Assembly: GCA_965216665.1 (NCBI GenBank)
Contig: OZ244194.1
Coordinates: forward strand, 2,232,368 to 2,296,367
Reading direction: 5' to 3'
Length of the DNA: 64,000 nucleotides
From: Arenicellales bacterium
GTDB lineage: Bacteria; Pseudomonadota; Gammaproteobacteria; Arenicellales; JAANXG01
Positions 7,064-16,553 of this stretch are shown piece by piece. Under the pieces are notes generated by a model. The model did not search any database and had not been told where the DNA came from. It saw nothing but the letters and a program-made list of their open reading frames with translations. Both the position numbers and the translations under genes were made by a program. How positions within the stretch are numbered: position 1 is the first letter of the stretch; each line of letters opens with the position of its first letter.

Positions 7064-8353
7064 ATGAGTGATGGCGCTCTTATCGCGCTCACGTCGATCG
7101 GCGTGACGATACTTTTCATTTTCGGCGTTCCGATCTTTCTAGTGATCGGGTTTTGGATCGTTGGGGTCAGTTTGATCATCGACTTCACGCTCGCCAACGT
7201 CGGAGTTACCCTGTTTGAAGGACTCAACTTCTTCGGTCTTCTTGCCCTACCGCTATTCATCCTGACCGGCGACTTGATCAACGCGGCGGGCATTGCCAAA
7301 CGATTGTCCGATTTCGCTTACTCGGTGCTGGGATGGATACGCGGCGGGATGGGCCTTGCCACCATAGGCGCCTGCGGGCTGTTCGCCGCGATTTCGGGAT
7401 CAAACTCCGGTACAACGGCCACCATCGGGTCGATCATGTATCCGGAGATGAGAGAGAACGGTTACGACAAACACTTCGCCGCGGCGACTGCAGCGGCCGG
7501 GGGAACAGTCGGAATCATCATTCCACCCAGCATTATTTTCATCGTCTACGGATTTCTGCTCAATCTGCCGATCAGCGATTTGTTCATCGGCGGAATGCTG
7601 CCCGGCATATTGATGCTGCTGGCGATGATGGTGGCGTGCATCGTCATGTCGTGGCGGAACAACTGGGGCACAATCCTGGCGTGGAACACGAAATACATTG
7701 CTCGCTGCGCGGGTAAGGCTTACCTGGGATTCATTGCCATCGGTATCGTGTTGTACGGCATTTACTCCGGTAAGTTCTCCCCCACTGAGGCAGCCGGCGT
7801 CACAGTCGGATTTTGTCTCTTGGCCGGAGTATTGATCACGCGCGAGATCAGCCTTCGTTCTCTCCCGTCCGTGGTGCTTCGCTCGGCACAGATCAACGGC
7901 ATGCTGGCCCCGCTGATTGCGGTATCGGTGGTCATGCAACAGATACTGTCGCTACTTGGGGTCGGCGAAGTCGTCACCGAATGGGTAACCGGCCTCGGCG
8001 GTTACGCCATCATCCTTCTGACCTGCATGTTCCTGGTATTGGCCGCCGGCACCGTGCTCGAGAGTCTGCCGAACACGATTATTCTCGCGCCGATCCTCGC
8101 CCCCATCGCATACAGCATCGGGGTCGATCCGATTCATTTTGCGGTCATTTTCCTGGTCGGTGATGCGATCGGTTTCATCACGCCGCCTTACGGCCTCAAT
8201 CTTTATGTAGCCAGCGGCATTACGGGAATTCCGTATTTCAGATTGTTGAAGTACTCGATGCCGTACTTGCTCGCCCTGCTGATCGCGTGGTTCATCATCG
8301 CCTTCTGGCCGCCGCTCTCGACCTACCTCTTAAGTTTCGGAGGGGTCGGCTGA
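7064..8353 (+). CDS. dctM: TRAP transporter large permease (DctM family)
   Basis: 429-aa polytopic membrane protein with the typical DctM N-terminus ...LALPLFILTGDLINAAGIAKRL.... Confidence 0.9.
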   Translation: MSDGALIALTSIGVTILFIFGVPIFLVIGFWIVGVSLIIDFTLANVGVTLFEGLNFFGLLALPLFILTGDLINAAGIAKRLSDFAYSVLGWIRGGMGLATIGACGLFAAISGSNSGTTATIGSIMYPEMRENGYDKHFAAATAAAGGTVGIIIPPSIIFIVYGFLLNLPISDLFIGGMLPGILMLLAMMVACIVMSWRNNWGTILAWNTKYIARCAGKAYLGFIAIGIVLYGIYSGKFSPTEAAGVTVGFCLLAGVLITREISLRSLPSVVLRSAQINGMLAPLIAVSVVMQQILSLLGVGEVVTEWVTGLGGYAIILLTCMFLVLAAGTVLESLPNTIILAPILAPIAYSIGVDPIHFAVIFLVGDAIGFITPPYGLNLYVASGITGIPYFRLLKYSMPYLLALLIAWFIIAFWPPLSTYLLSFGGVG

Positions 8354-8378
8354 CGCCAGGCCGCGCAAAGGTTGTCCG

Positions 8379-9182
8379 ATGAGCAGCGATAAGATCCCGC
8401 CCGTTATGCGGGGTCTTATCGTTGCGGAGAGTATTGCCGCAGCGGGGCGCCCGGTGACCGGTACCGAGCTCGAAGAAATGCTGGGTATTCCCAGACAGAC
8501 GATCCACCGTATCGCTCTTCGACTCGAGGGTCAGGGTTTCATACAGCGCGAACCCGGAGGCAGAAGATTCGTCGCCGGCCCGCGCGCCCGGCGGCTGGCG
8601 ATCAATATCCACGCCAATTCCGTGTTCAGCGCTCCACGCCACGCGGTGCTGCGGTCTCTGGCTGAAGAAGTCAACGAGACTTGCAACTGCACGCTACTCG
8701 ATGGCGGTGAGATCGTCTATTTCGACCGCGTGGAGGCCAATTGGCCGCATCGAATTCAGTTGCCCGCCGGGTCGCGGCACCCGCTTCACTGTACGGCGAG
8801 TGGAAAACTTTTCCTCGCTTACTCAGACGCGGCGCGCCGCAAACGTTTATTGTCCGGGGCGCGCCTCGAAAAGTACACCGAGCGAACCATCACCGATGTC
8901 GACGCGCTGATTCATGAACTGGCGCGAATCAAAGACCGGGGCGTCGGGACGGATAACGAGGAATATCTCGCGGGCATGGTGGCGATCGCCGTCCCCGTAT
9001 TCGATCAGGACACGAACATCTACCACACGGTGGCCGTGCACGCCCCGACAATCCGTATTTCCTTTCAACGGTTACTACGATTTCTTCCAGCACTGCGCCG
9101 CGCTACCAGCGCATTGTCGGATCTGTATAGTGAAGAGAGAAAATCCGTTGGCTTGGCACGGCTTGCGAAGGTCGGACGGTAA
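8379..9182 (+). CDS. IclR family transcriptional regulator
   Basis: N-terminal wHTH (GRPVTGTELEEMLGIPRQTIHRIALRLEGQGFI) plus an IclR effector domain (...LHCTASGKLFLAY...EEYLAGMVAIAVPV...). Confidence 0.85.
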   Translation: MSSDKIPPVMRGLIVAESIAAAGRPVTGTELEEMLGIPRQTIHRIALRLEGQGFIQREPGGRRFVAGPRARRLAINIHANSVFSAPRHAVLRSLAEEVNETCNCTLLDGGEIVYFDRVEANWPHRIQLPAGSRHPLHCTASGKLFLAYSDAARRKRLLSGARLEKYTERTITDVDALIHELARIKDRGVGTDNEEYLAGMVAIAVPVFDQDTNIYHTVAVHAPTIRISFQRLLRFLPALRRATSALSDLYSEERKSVGLARLAKVGR

Positions 9183-9217
9183 CGAGCTCGGGCGATCGAT
9201 GCGTACTTGCCGCGCGT

Positions 9218-10825
9218 CTATTGCAGGAATTCCAGCAGCCTGTTTACCGTACCGCCGAAATCGTCATGCCGATACGTTACCGAGTGGTACGACGCGATTT
9301 TCGAGATCTCATCCGGGAGCGCATCGCTTTCTGGAAACGTAAAACGCGGTAGTAGTACCGGGACCACATTACGCCGGGTACGTATCGCGTGGGCGATTTC
9401 CCTTCGCAACCAGTCATCCGGCTGTGCACAGGCGTCCAACGCACGCTCGTTCAGCAACACGATGAAATGGGGGGCGGTCGAGATGCGATTCATGAGCGCC
9501 GGTTCGAACGGTCCCGCCCGTAAACTTTCTACGTCCAGAAAGATGTCGTACTCACCCTTTAACGCCTCGCGAAGCGCTTGCGCGATCTCCGAACCGCCAT
9601 CCCGACGGTAGCTCATGAATATGTCGTGTCTTGCGCCCGCGAACAGATGATAGCGGTCGAAGTCATCCTCAATATGTTTCATTCGGAATGGCTCCAACTT
9701 TTCGACGTCAACCCACGACAGGTCCCGCGCTTCCCCCAGTTCTCGGTAAACGAGCTGATCGCACAGAATTCGTTTACCTCTCCGGGCTTGATTGGCCAGC
9801 GCCGACGCAAAGTTCACCGCCCTCCCGATGACGGTGAAGTCGAAACACTTGCTGCGACCGATTCGACCCACAATGATCTTATCCTCGTCATCCGTAGCCA
9901 GACCGACGCCAACGTCCAGATAGTCGAGGTTTTCGCGGGTTTCTTCGTCCCACTGGGTTCGGAGAACGCCAAATTCCTCGATGATCGAAAACGCGGTGCC
10001 CACCGCGTCGACGAGCTGATCTGCACCGCGAAAAATAGCAATCATCCCGTCCCCCATCAGCTTGTTGACGATACCGCTGTGGGCAATCACCTGTTCGGTC
10101 AACACTCTGAAAAATTCGTCGAGGCAGCGTTTGATTTCCGTGGGCGACTTGGACTGGCAGAGTTTGCTGAATCCACGCATATCGGCGACGAGTAAGGTGA
10201 GCTTTTCGGCTACGGCACGATGCTGCTCCTCACCGGTCAAAAGCGGCAGATAGTCCGCACGCACCGCCGGCTGCGCAAACAAGCCGCTGCTACCCAACAT
10301 TTGTTCATAGAGTTCGGCGTTTCGAATGGACAACGCCGCTTGGTCTGCAAAGCGGGTCATGAGCTCCAGATCGCGTTTCCCGTAGGGCTTTCGGCCCCCC
10401 GACTTATTAATGATCTGCATCACGCCCTTGGCCTCGCCACGATGTACGAGCGGCACGCATATCATCGCCTTGGTCGAAAATTCCGTCTCGCGGTCGACGG
10501 ATTCGTAATACTCGGTCAAATGATTTTCGACCTCGGGCTCGCCTTTGGAGAACACCTTGCCGGCGAAACTCCCTTCCACGGGTACGCGCACGTCATGAAG
10601 CTCTTCGGCGACCGGTCCGTTGGCCGCGGCAAAGTAAAGATCCTCCCTGTCCGGGTCAAACAACAAAACCGAACCGGCCTCGGAATCGGCCAGGCGACAC
10701 GCGAGATCAAGTATATGGTCCAAGACCTCCTCGAGAGTCCGCATACGGTTCAGATGCGTCGCCGCATCCAGCAGGGCAAGCAACTCTTCACGCTCGAGCA
10801 AGGTGGTCGCGGAAGTATCGGTCAT
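9218..10825 (-). CDS. GAF / class III nucleotidyl-cyclase homology domain / TIR domain fusion protein
   Basis: GAF spans about aa 28-175. The cyclase domain spans about aa 205-375 (LLVAD215MRGF, NK255LMGD259G, VIGRAVN338FASA342L). The TIR domain spans about aa 399-535 (HDIFMSYRRDG, HFIVLLN, DWLRRE476IAHAI). Confidence 0.8.
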   Translation of the reverse strand: MTDTSATTLLEREELLALLDAATHLNRMRTLEEVLDHILDLACRLADSEAGSVLLFDPDREDLYFAAANGPVAEELHDVRVPVEGSFAGKVFSKGEPEVENHLTEYYESVDRETEFSTKAMICVPLVHRGEAKGVMQIINKSGGRKPYGKRDLELMTRFADQAALSIRNAELYEQMLGSSGLFAQPAVRADYLPLLTGEEQHRAVAEKLTLLVADMRGFSKLCQSKSPTEIKRCLDEFFRVLTEQVIAHSGIVNKLMGDGMIAIFRGADQLVDAVGTAFSIIEEFGVLRTQWDEETRENLDYLDVGVGLATDDEDKIIVGRIGRSKCFDFTVIGRAVNFASALANQARRGKRILCDQLVYRELGEARDLSWVDVEKLEPFRMKHIEDDFDRYHLFAGARHDIFMSYRRDGGSEIAQALREALKGEYDIFLDVESLRAGPFEPALMNRISTAPHFIVLLNERALDACAQPDDWLRREIAHAIRTRRNVVPVLLPRFTFPESDALPDEISKIASYHSVTYRHDDFGGTVNRLLEFLQ

Positions 10826-11149
10826 GGCCGCTAGCGATCGCCGGTTTTCGGTGTACGATAGACATTATCATGCAACCGAAGGGCGTGATACGCAATCACT
10901 CGCTCAAAGTGCACCAGGCCGTAATGGGATTGCACGCGCGCGGTCCGTGCCGACCGGCGCGGCGGTAGGCAACGGTCGAATCCTGGCGCTATCGGCGACA
11001 CGCTCGCGCAACCGTAAGGGCGCCCGGCTGCCTTGCACCCACGCACCGCGTCCCTGTCATCGTCCTGGTGCCGGCTCTTTTTCCGAGTTCAGGTTGTCAA
11101 GCCCGCACCTCACCACTAGACTAACCCGAGCGCCTTGCCCGAACCACGC

Positions 11150-12640
11150 ATGAAAAGTCGCCCCGATGACATCATGTGGGATCAGCTTTTCGATCTCTCA
11201 TCCAGCCGCGGAATCAGCCTACAGGGCCAGCTGAGGGAACAACTGGTTACCGCGATTCTTGACGGCCATATCCCCCGAAATCAACCCATACCCTCCTCCC
11301 GCGAGCTGGCAAAACAGCTTGACGTCGGACGCAACACTGTCGTACTCGCCTATCAGCATCTGGTGGATGAAGGCTTTCTTATTCCACAGGAACGCCGCGG
11401 CTATTACGTCAACCCGGACATACTCACGGGAAGAGTACAGCGCGTCGAAAAACAACGCTCCGGCGGTTCGAAACCGGCCTGGGAGAAACGTTTTGCCTTC
11501 CTACCGTCTGTACAACGGAACATCAAGAAACCCCACAATTGGCAGGAGCTGCGCTATCCGTTCATTTACGGTCAACCCGATCCGAGCCTGGTTCCCGTCG
11601 CCGACTGGCGGGAGTGCTGCCGCCAAGTACTGAACGTGAATACGATTGTGGAGACGTCACAGGATCATTTTGACCACGACGATCCACTGCTGGTAGAGCA
11701 GATACTGTCGCGCGTACTGCCACGACGCGGTATCTGGGCCTCCCCGGATGAGATACTCGTCACCCTGGGAACCCAACATGCTTTGTATCTGATCGCGAGC
11801 TTGCTGATTTCGGGATCCGACACCGTCGGTTTCGAAGAACCGGGCTATCCCGATGCACGTAACATCTTCCTGAGGCGCACTCCTAACGTGGTTCCCATCG
11901 ACGTTGACGCGAGCGGCCTGGTGGTGAACGATGTCCTAGACCGATGCGATTACGTGTATGTAACACCGAGCCACCAGTCCCCCACGACCATTACATTGTC
12001 CGCGCAGCGCCGCGCCGATCTCCTGGCACGGGCGGACCGCGCGGATTTCATCATCATTGAAGACGACTACGAAAGCGAGACGAATTTCGTCGGCCAGCCG
12101 ACCCCGGCGTTGAAAAGCCTGGACAGCAGCGATCGGGTGATCTACGTGGGCAGCCTGTCGAAGACCGTCGCCCCCGGCCTGCGTGTCGGATTCATGGTCG
12201 GGCCGGCGGAGTTGATACGGGAGGCGCGCGCCCAGAGACGACTGATGTTACGGCATCCGCCCACGAACAACCAAAGGATCCTCGGACTGTTTTTGTCTCT
12301 CGGCCACCACGACTCACTGATCGCGCGGCTCAGCCACCACTACCGCCAACGCTGGTTGACTATGGCGGCGGCCTTGGAAAAGCATTTGCCCGAATCGACC
12401 CGGGTACCGAGTTTCGGCGGAACGGCCTTCTGGGTCAAAGGGCCCGACACCCTGGATGCCAACGACTTGTACGAACGCGCATTGAAAGCCAGCATCCTGA
12501 TCGAACCCGGCGACGTTCATTTCATGGCTCCGGATCCGCCGAAGCACTTTTTCCGTCTCGGTTTCTCGGCAATCCCCGCGGACCGCATCGAAGCGGGTAT
12601 TGAGAGAATCGCGGGGCTCATCCGCGACACTGCCGGCTAG
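11150..12640 (+). CDS. MocR/PdxR-type GntR regulator (wHTH plus fold-type I aminotransferase-like domain)
   Basis: GntR HTH PIPSSRELAKQLDVGRNTVVLAYQHLVDEGFL. PLP-lysine context VIYVGSLSKTVAPGLRVGF. I chose ATG 11150; the ORF opens at TTG 11135. Confidence 0.85.
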   Translation: MKSRPDDIMWDQLFDLSSSRGISLQGQLREQLVTAILDGHIPRNQPIPSSRELAKQLDVGRNTVVLAYQHLVDEGFLIPQERRGYYVNPDILTGRVQRVEKQRSGGSKPAWEKRFAFLPSVQRNIKKPHNWQELRYPFIYGQPDPSLVPVADWRECCRQVLNVNTIVETSQDHFDHDDPLLVEQILSRVLPRRGIWASPDEILVTLGTQHALYLIASLLISGSDTVGFEEPGYPDARNIFLRRTPNVVPIDVDASGLVVNDVLDRCDYVYVTPSHQSPTTITLSAQRRADLLARADRADFIIIEDDYESETNFVGQPTPALKSLDSSDRVIYVGSLSKTVAPGLRVGFMVGPAELIREARAQRRLMLRHPPTNNQRILGLFLSLGHHDSLIARLSHHYRQRWLTMAAALEKHLPESTRVPSFGGTAFWVKGPDTLDANDLYERALKASILIEPGDVHFMAPDPPKHFFRLGFSAIPADRIEAGIERIAGLIRDTAG

Positions 12641-12698
12641 CCCCGCCGATCGGCAGGGGCGGCGCATTAACCGGTGTGCCTGACCCGCCCGCGCCGTT

Positions 12699-13184
12699 CT
12701 ACTTGGGCGGCAGGGGCACGACCAGTACCGGCACCGTCGCATTGTTCAACACACTCTTCGCCACGCTGCCGATGAAGGTGCTCATAAATCCCTTTTCGTG
12801 CGTCCCCATCACGATCAAATCGCAATCCACGCTTCGTTTCACGATCTCTTCGACCGGATAGGATTCACTCACATCTACCGATACGATTTTCTCCCGTAAT
12901 CGTCGGTCGTCTCCCGCTAGGCTCGCGACAAAATCGTCCAGGCACTGAGTCAGCAGCTTTTGCGCAGTCGTTACTCGTTCGTTCAGTATTCGGTCGCGCT
13001 CGTCTTCATCCAGCACGTACGACTCCAGCGTAATTTTCGCGTCGTGGGAGAGCCTCTCAACGACGTGCAGCACGTGTATGTCGGCGCCGGTTTTCTTTGC
13101 CAGCCATATGGCGTAACGCAACGCGGGCAACGAATTATCCGACATGTCGGTGGCGTAAAGTATGTTTCGCACGTCAGGCAGCAT
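12699..13184 (-). CDS. universal stress protein (UspA family)
   Basis: ILYATDMSDNS...ADIHVLHVV...CDLIVMGTHEKGFMSTFIGSVAKSVLNNATVPVLVV. Confidence 0.85.
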   Translation of the reverse strand: MLPDVRNILYATDMSDNSLPALRYAIWLAKKTGADIHVLHVVERLSHDAKITLESYVLDEDERDRILNERVTTAQKLLTQCLDDFVASLAGDDRRLREKIVSVDVSESYPVEEIVKRSVDCDLIVMGTHEKGFMSTFIGSVAKSVLNNATVPVLVVPLPPK

Positions 13185-13211
13185 AACTCAGATCCTCTCG
13201 TCTACCGCCGG

Positions 13212-14552
13212 CTAATAACCGAGGGCCCTGGGCAACCACAGTGAAATTTCTGGAACGTAGGCAATAACAAAGATCGCAATCACCGAAACGATGGCAAACG
13301 GTATCGCCTTCACCGAAATATCTTCGATCGTGGATCCTCCGATACCGGAAGCCACAAACAGATTTTCGCCCAGTGGAGGGGTCTGAAAACCGATTGCGAG
13401 CGTCGCCACCATGACCACACCGAAATGAACCGGGTCGACGCCCAGATTGTACATAATCGGCAGCAGAACCGGGGTCAGGATCATAATGGTTGCCAATGTC
13501 TCCATGAACATGCCGACGAACAGCAGAAACGCGATGATCAATGCCCAGATCACATACATGTTGTCGGTGAAGTCGAGCAGCGCCGCGGCGACGATCGCAG
13601 GAATCTGGTTCTCTACGAGTAAGCGGCCGAATACCGTGGCAGTGAACAAGATCAACAGGACGCGACCGGATATCCAGGTAGTGGTCTCCAAGGTGTGAAA
13701 CGTTTCCTTCAACTTCAGTTCCTTGTGGATGAATACACCAACGAACAAGGTGTAAAAGATCGCGACGATGGCCGCTTCCGTAGGGGTAAAAAAACCACTA
13801 TAGATTCCACCCAGGATGATGAGCGGCGCGAGCATGGACCAGACCCCCTGCTTCAGGGTGGCGCCTATGTCTGCGAAGGACCAGCTCTCGGTGATTCCTT
13901 TGTACCCGCGCTTGGCGGACCGAATGTGATTCATGATCAGAACGCCCGCGGCGATCACGAATGCGGGGAAAAATCCGGCAATGAATAGCTTGGGAATCGA
14001 CAGAGACTGGAACTCACCGAACTTTTCCACGGCTTCCGGGGGCGGTTGCAAGCCCAGGCCGGATATCCCGAATATCACCATCGGTATCGACGGCGGGATC
14101 ACCACACCCAAACCTCCCGAAGACGCGGTTACCGCCGAGGCGTAACCGCGATCATATCCCCGGTTCACCATCGCCGGGATCATCAACATACCCACTGCCG
14201 CCGTGGTGGCGGGGCCGGAACCGGAAATGGCGCCGAAAAATATGCACGCGAACACGGTCGCCGCTCCCAGCCCACCGGTCACCGGTCCGGCCACGCTTTC
14301 GGCGACATTGACCAGCCGTTTTGAAATACCCGCGGCTTCCATCAGGGCGCCCGCCAGGATAAACGCCGGTAGCGCCATGAGCGGGAACGAACCGACCGAG
14401 GTAAAGGCGATCTGTACGAACTTGATTGGATTCTCACCCAGGTACATGAACGCCGCAAGCGCCGAGACACCGAGCGACACTGTAATCGGCGCACCGAGTA
14501 GCAACAAGAAAATGAAGGCGCCGAACAATATCCAAACTACTGTAGTTTCCAT
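13212..14552 (-). CDS. dctM: TRAP transporter large permease (DctM family)
   Basis: 446-aa polytopic protein with DctM-type sequence (...MALPAFILAGALMEAAGISKRL...). Confidence 0.9.
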   Translation of the reverse strand: METTVVWILFGAFIFLLLLGAPITVSLGVSALAAFMYLGENPIKFVQIAFTSVGSFPLMALPAFILAGALMEAAGISKRLVNVAESVAGPVTGGLGAATVFACIFFGAISGSGPATTAAVGMLMIPAMVNRGYDRGYASAVTASSGGLGVVIPPSIPMVIFGISGLGLQPPPEAVEKFGEFQSLSIPKLFIAGFFPAFVIAAGVLIMNHIRSAKRGYKGITESWSFADIGATLKQGVWSMLAPLIILGGIYSGFFTPTEAAIVAIFYTLFVGVFIHKELKLKETFHTLETTTWISGRVLLILFTATVFGRLLVENQIPAIVAAALLDFTDNMYVIWALIIAFLLFVGMFMETLATIMILTPVLLPIMYNLGVDPVHFGVVMVATLAIGFQTPPLGENLFVASGIGGSTIEDISVKAIPFAIVSVIAIFVIAYVPEISLWLPRALGY

Positions 14553-14567
14553 CGTGGCGACCCTCCT

Positions 14568-15158
14568 TTAACGCTTACCGGCATCCCGGCTCTCGGCTTT
14601 CACCGGTTCCGGTTGCTCACCTTCCACCATTAGGTCCACCATGTGCTCCCGTTCCGCCTGTTCGGGATCGCGGAGGTCGATGCCCTTCACGAGCTTCAGA
14701 TAATTTACCTGAACGATTCGGATCGACATAATGGCGAACGCAATGGGCAGAATCATGTAGATGTACTTCATCGGGACGCCCAAAGTCTGCGATTTCCAGA
14801 ACAGGTTCATCTTGTTGAACACAAAATCGTAACTCAGGTATACGAAGTACAAGTTGAAACACAACCATATGAAGTCGGCAATTGCTTCGCACACTGTGGC
14901 GACAATCGGAGGTAGGGCCTTGAATTGGAACGTGACCCGATTGTGGGCCGCCATTTTTGCAGCGTGACTGGCGCCGAAGAACGCGAACCAGACGAACAAA
15001 TACGTTGCGAGTTCTTCGCCCCACGGAATGGAGTATTCGAAAAACTCACGCGATACGATCTGGACGAACAACAACGTTACGAAAAATGCGAGCAGTGCCC
15101 GGCAAATGTACGTTTCTATGTTGTTCAGGATCGTAGAGAACACGTTGGAACTCGCCAT
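14568..15158 (-). CDS. dctQ: TRAP transporter small permease (DctQ family)
   Basis: Hydrophobic and located between dctP and dctM. GGAGGG SD precedes ATG 15158; the ORF opens at 15179. Confidence 0.8.
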   Translation of the reverse strand: MASSNVFSTILNNIETYICRALLAFFVTLLFVQIVSREFFEYSIPWGEELATYLFVWFAFFGASHAAKMAAHNRVTFQFKALPPIVATVCEAIADFIWLCFNLYFVYLSYDFVFNKMNLFWKSQTLGVPMKYIYMILPIAFAIMSIRIVQVNYLKLVKGIDLRDPEQAEREHMVDLMVEGEQPEPVKAESRDAGKR

Positions 15159-15241
15159 CACCACGCCCTCCGGTAACAAGGGCGCGCCCTGCCGGCCAGC
15201 CGGCGGGTAGAGCGCGCCCTCATGCGGACCCTAAGCCCGAC

Positions 15242-16249
15242 TCAGCCGCGACCCAGCAGTTTGAGTACTCGATCGAGTTTTTCTTTACCGCCTATGCTGT
15301 CGTAGTACTTCGGCCATACTTCTTGGGTGGCCTTCTCGATCCACGCCTTTTCCCCGTCGGCCGGATCGGAAATTTCCATGCCCTTTTCGGCCAACTCTTT
15401 GCGAATCGCTTCCTCGGTCTCGGCCAGATACTTGGCGCTGTGCTCAGTGGCCGCTTTACCGGCCTCCAGAATCGCCTTTTGCACATCCTCGGACTGACTC
15501 TGAAAAACCGACTCACTCACGATGAGCGGCTCGAGCGAGAATATGTACCGGATATTGGTGATGTACTTCTGCACCTCGTAGAACTTCATCGCGTGGACGG
15601 TGATGTAGGGATTATCCTGCCCGTCGACCACCTTTTGTTGCAACGCGGTGAAGGTCTCCGACCACGCCATCGGCGTCGGGTTGACACCCCACGCTTGGTA
15701 CGTGGCGATCATGATCTCGTTCTTTGGCACCCGGACGATCACCCCTTGCAGATCGTCGACGGATTTGATCGGTTTCTTCGAGTTGGTCAGCACACGAAAT
15801 CCGGAGTACGCCCAGCCGATGATCCTCACCCCGGCGTCGCGAATCGTGTTCTCGACCAACTCCTGACCCACCTCTCCCTGGGTCAGTTTGATCGCCTCAT
15901 CCAGGCTTTGAATCACGTAAGGCATGGTGAAAACGCCCACGGTTGGAGAGAACGGCGTGATGTTGTTGATCGCCAGCACGGAGAAATCCAGGGTGCCGAT
16001 GGAGGCGTCGTTCACCGTATCCTGCTCGCTCCCCAACTGACCGTTCGGAAACATGTTGATATCGTGCTTCCCGCCGGTTTTTTCCTTGAACAGCTCGACG
16101 AATTTCGAGCCCATCTCCCACTGTGTGCCGCCTTGCGCGTCGCCGAGAGCCATTTTGAACGTCTTGGCCATCACGGCGGAGCTCGAGAAAACCAACACCA
16201 CAGCGGCCACGCCGAAAATCCTACCAACCTGTCGTTGCAATCGCATCAC
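15242..16249 (-). CDS. dctP: TRAP transporter substrate-binding protein (DctP family)
   Basis: Signal peptide MMRLQRQVGRIFGVAAVVLVFSSSAVMA. DctP-type core includes VIVRVPKNE (carboxylate-binding Arg context). GGAGG SD. Confidence 0.85.
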   Translation of the reverse strand: MMRLQRQVGRIFGVAAVVLVFSSSAVMAKTFKMALGDAQGGTQWEMGSKFVELFKEKTGGKHDINMFPNGQLGSEQDTVNDASIGTLDFSVLAINNITPFSPTVGVFTMPYVIQSLDEAIKLTQGEVGQELVENTIRDAGVRIIGWAYSGFRVLTNSKKPIKSVDDLQGVIVRVPKNEIMIATYQAWGVNPTPMAWSETFTALQQKVVDGQDNPYITVHAMKFYEVQKYITNIRYIFSLEPLIVSESVFQSQSEDVQKAILEAGKAATEHSAKYLAETEEAIRKELAEKGMEISDPADGEKAWIEKATQEVWPKYYDSIGGKEKLDRVLKLLGRG

Positions 16250-16553
16250 TGCCTCCTCTCGTTGAGTTTCGTTCTCCGGAGTCCGTCACTCCCGGTCAGG
16301 GACTGACCGCCGGACCGCACACTTAATCGCCGGCCCGCTCCCAAGTGTTCCAGGGGTCGCCCGTCTGCGCAACCGTACACCGGAGCGCGACAAGAAATAT
16401 AGGGCCAGGGCGGCCCCATCCATGGGGCCAGGCGCGGTCACTCCGGGTCGCCGGCCGGCTCTCCATCCCGATGAATGTGCGCTTGCGGCCCCATCATCGC
16501 GCAATTCGGTCCCCAGCACGGGCCGCCAAACCGCTTGATAAACATCGGTTTTT

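Noticed and set aside
15323-16306. Long antisense ORFs opposite recognised genes. Examples: 15323-16306, 26285-27214, 29228-29968, 32207-33025, 42185-42961, 49742-50614, 52628-53426, 54275-55330.
   Set aside because: Each lies fully within a gene with clear family motifs on the other strand. Each has Arg/His/Pro/Gly-dominated composition, as expected from high-GC antisense frames.
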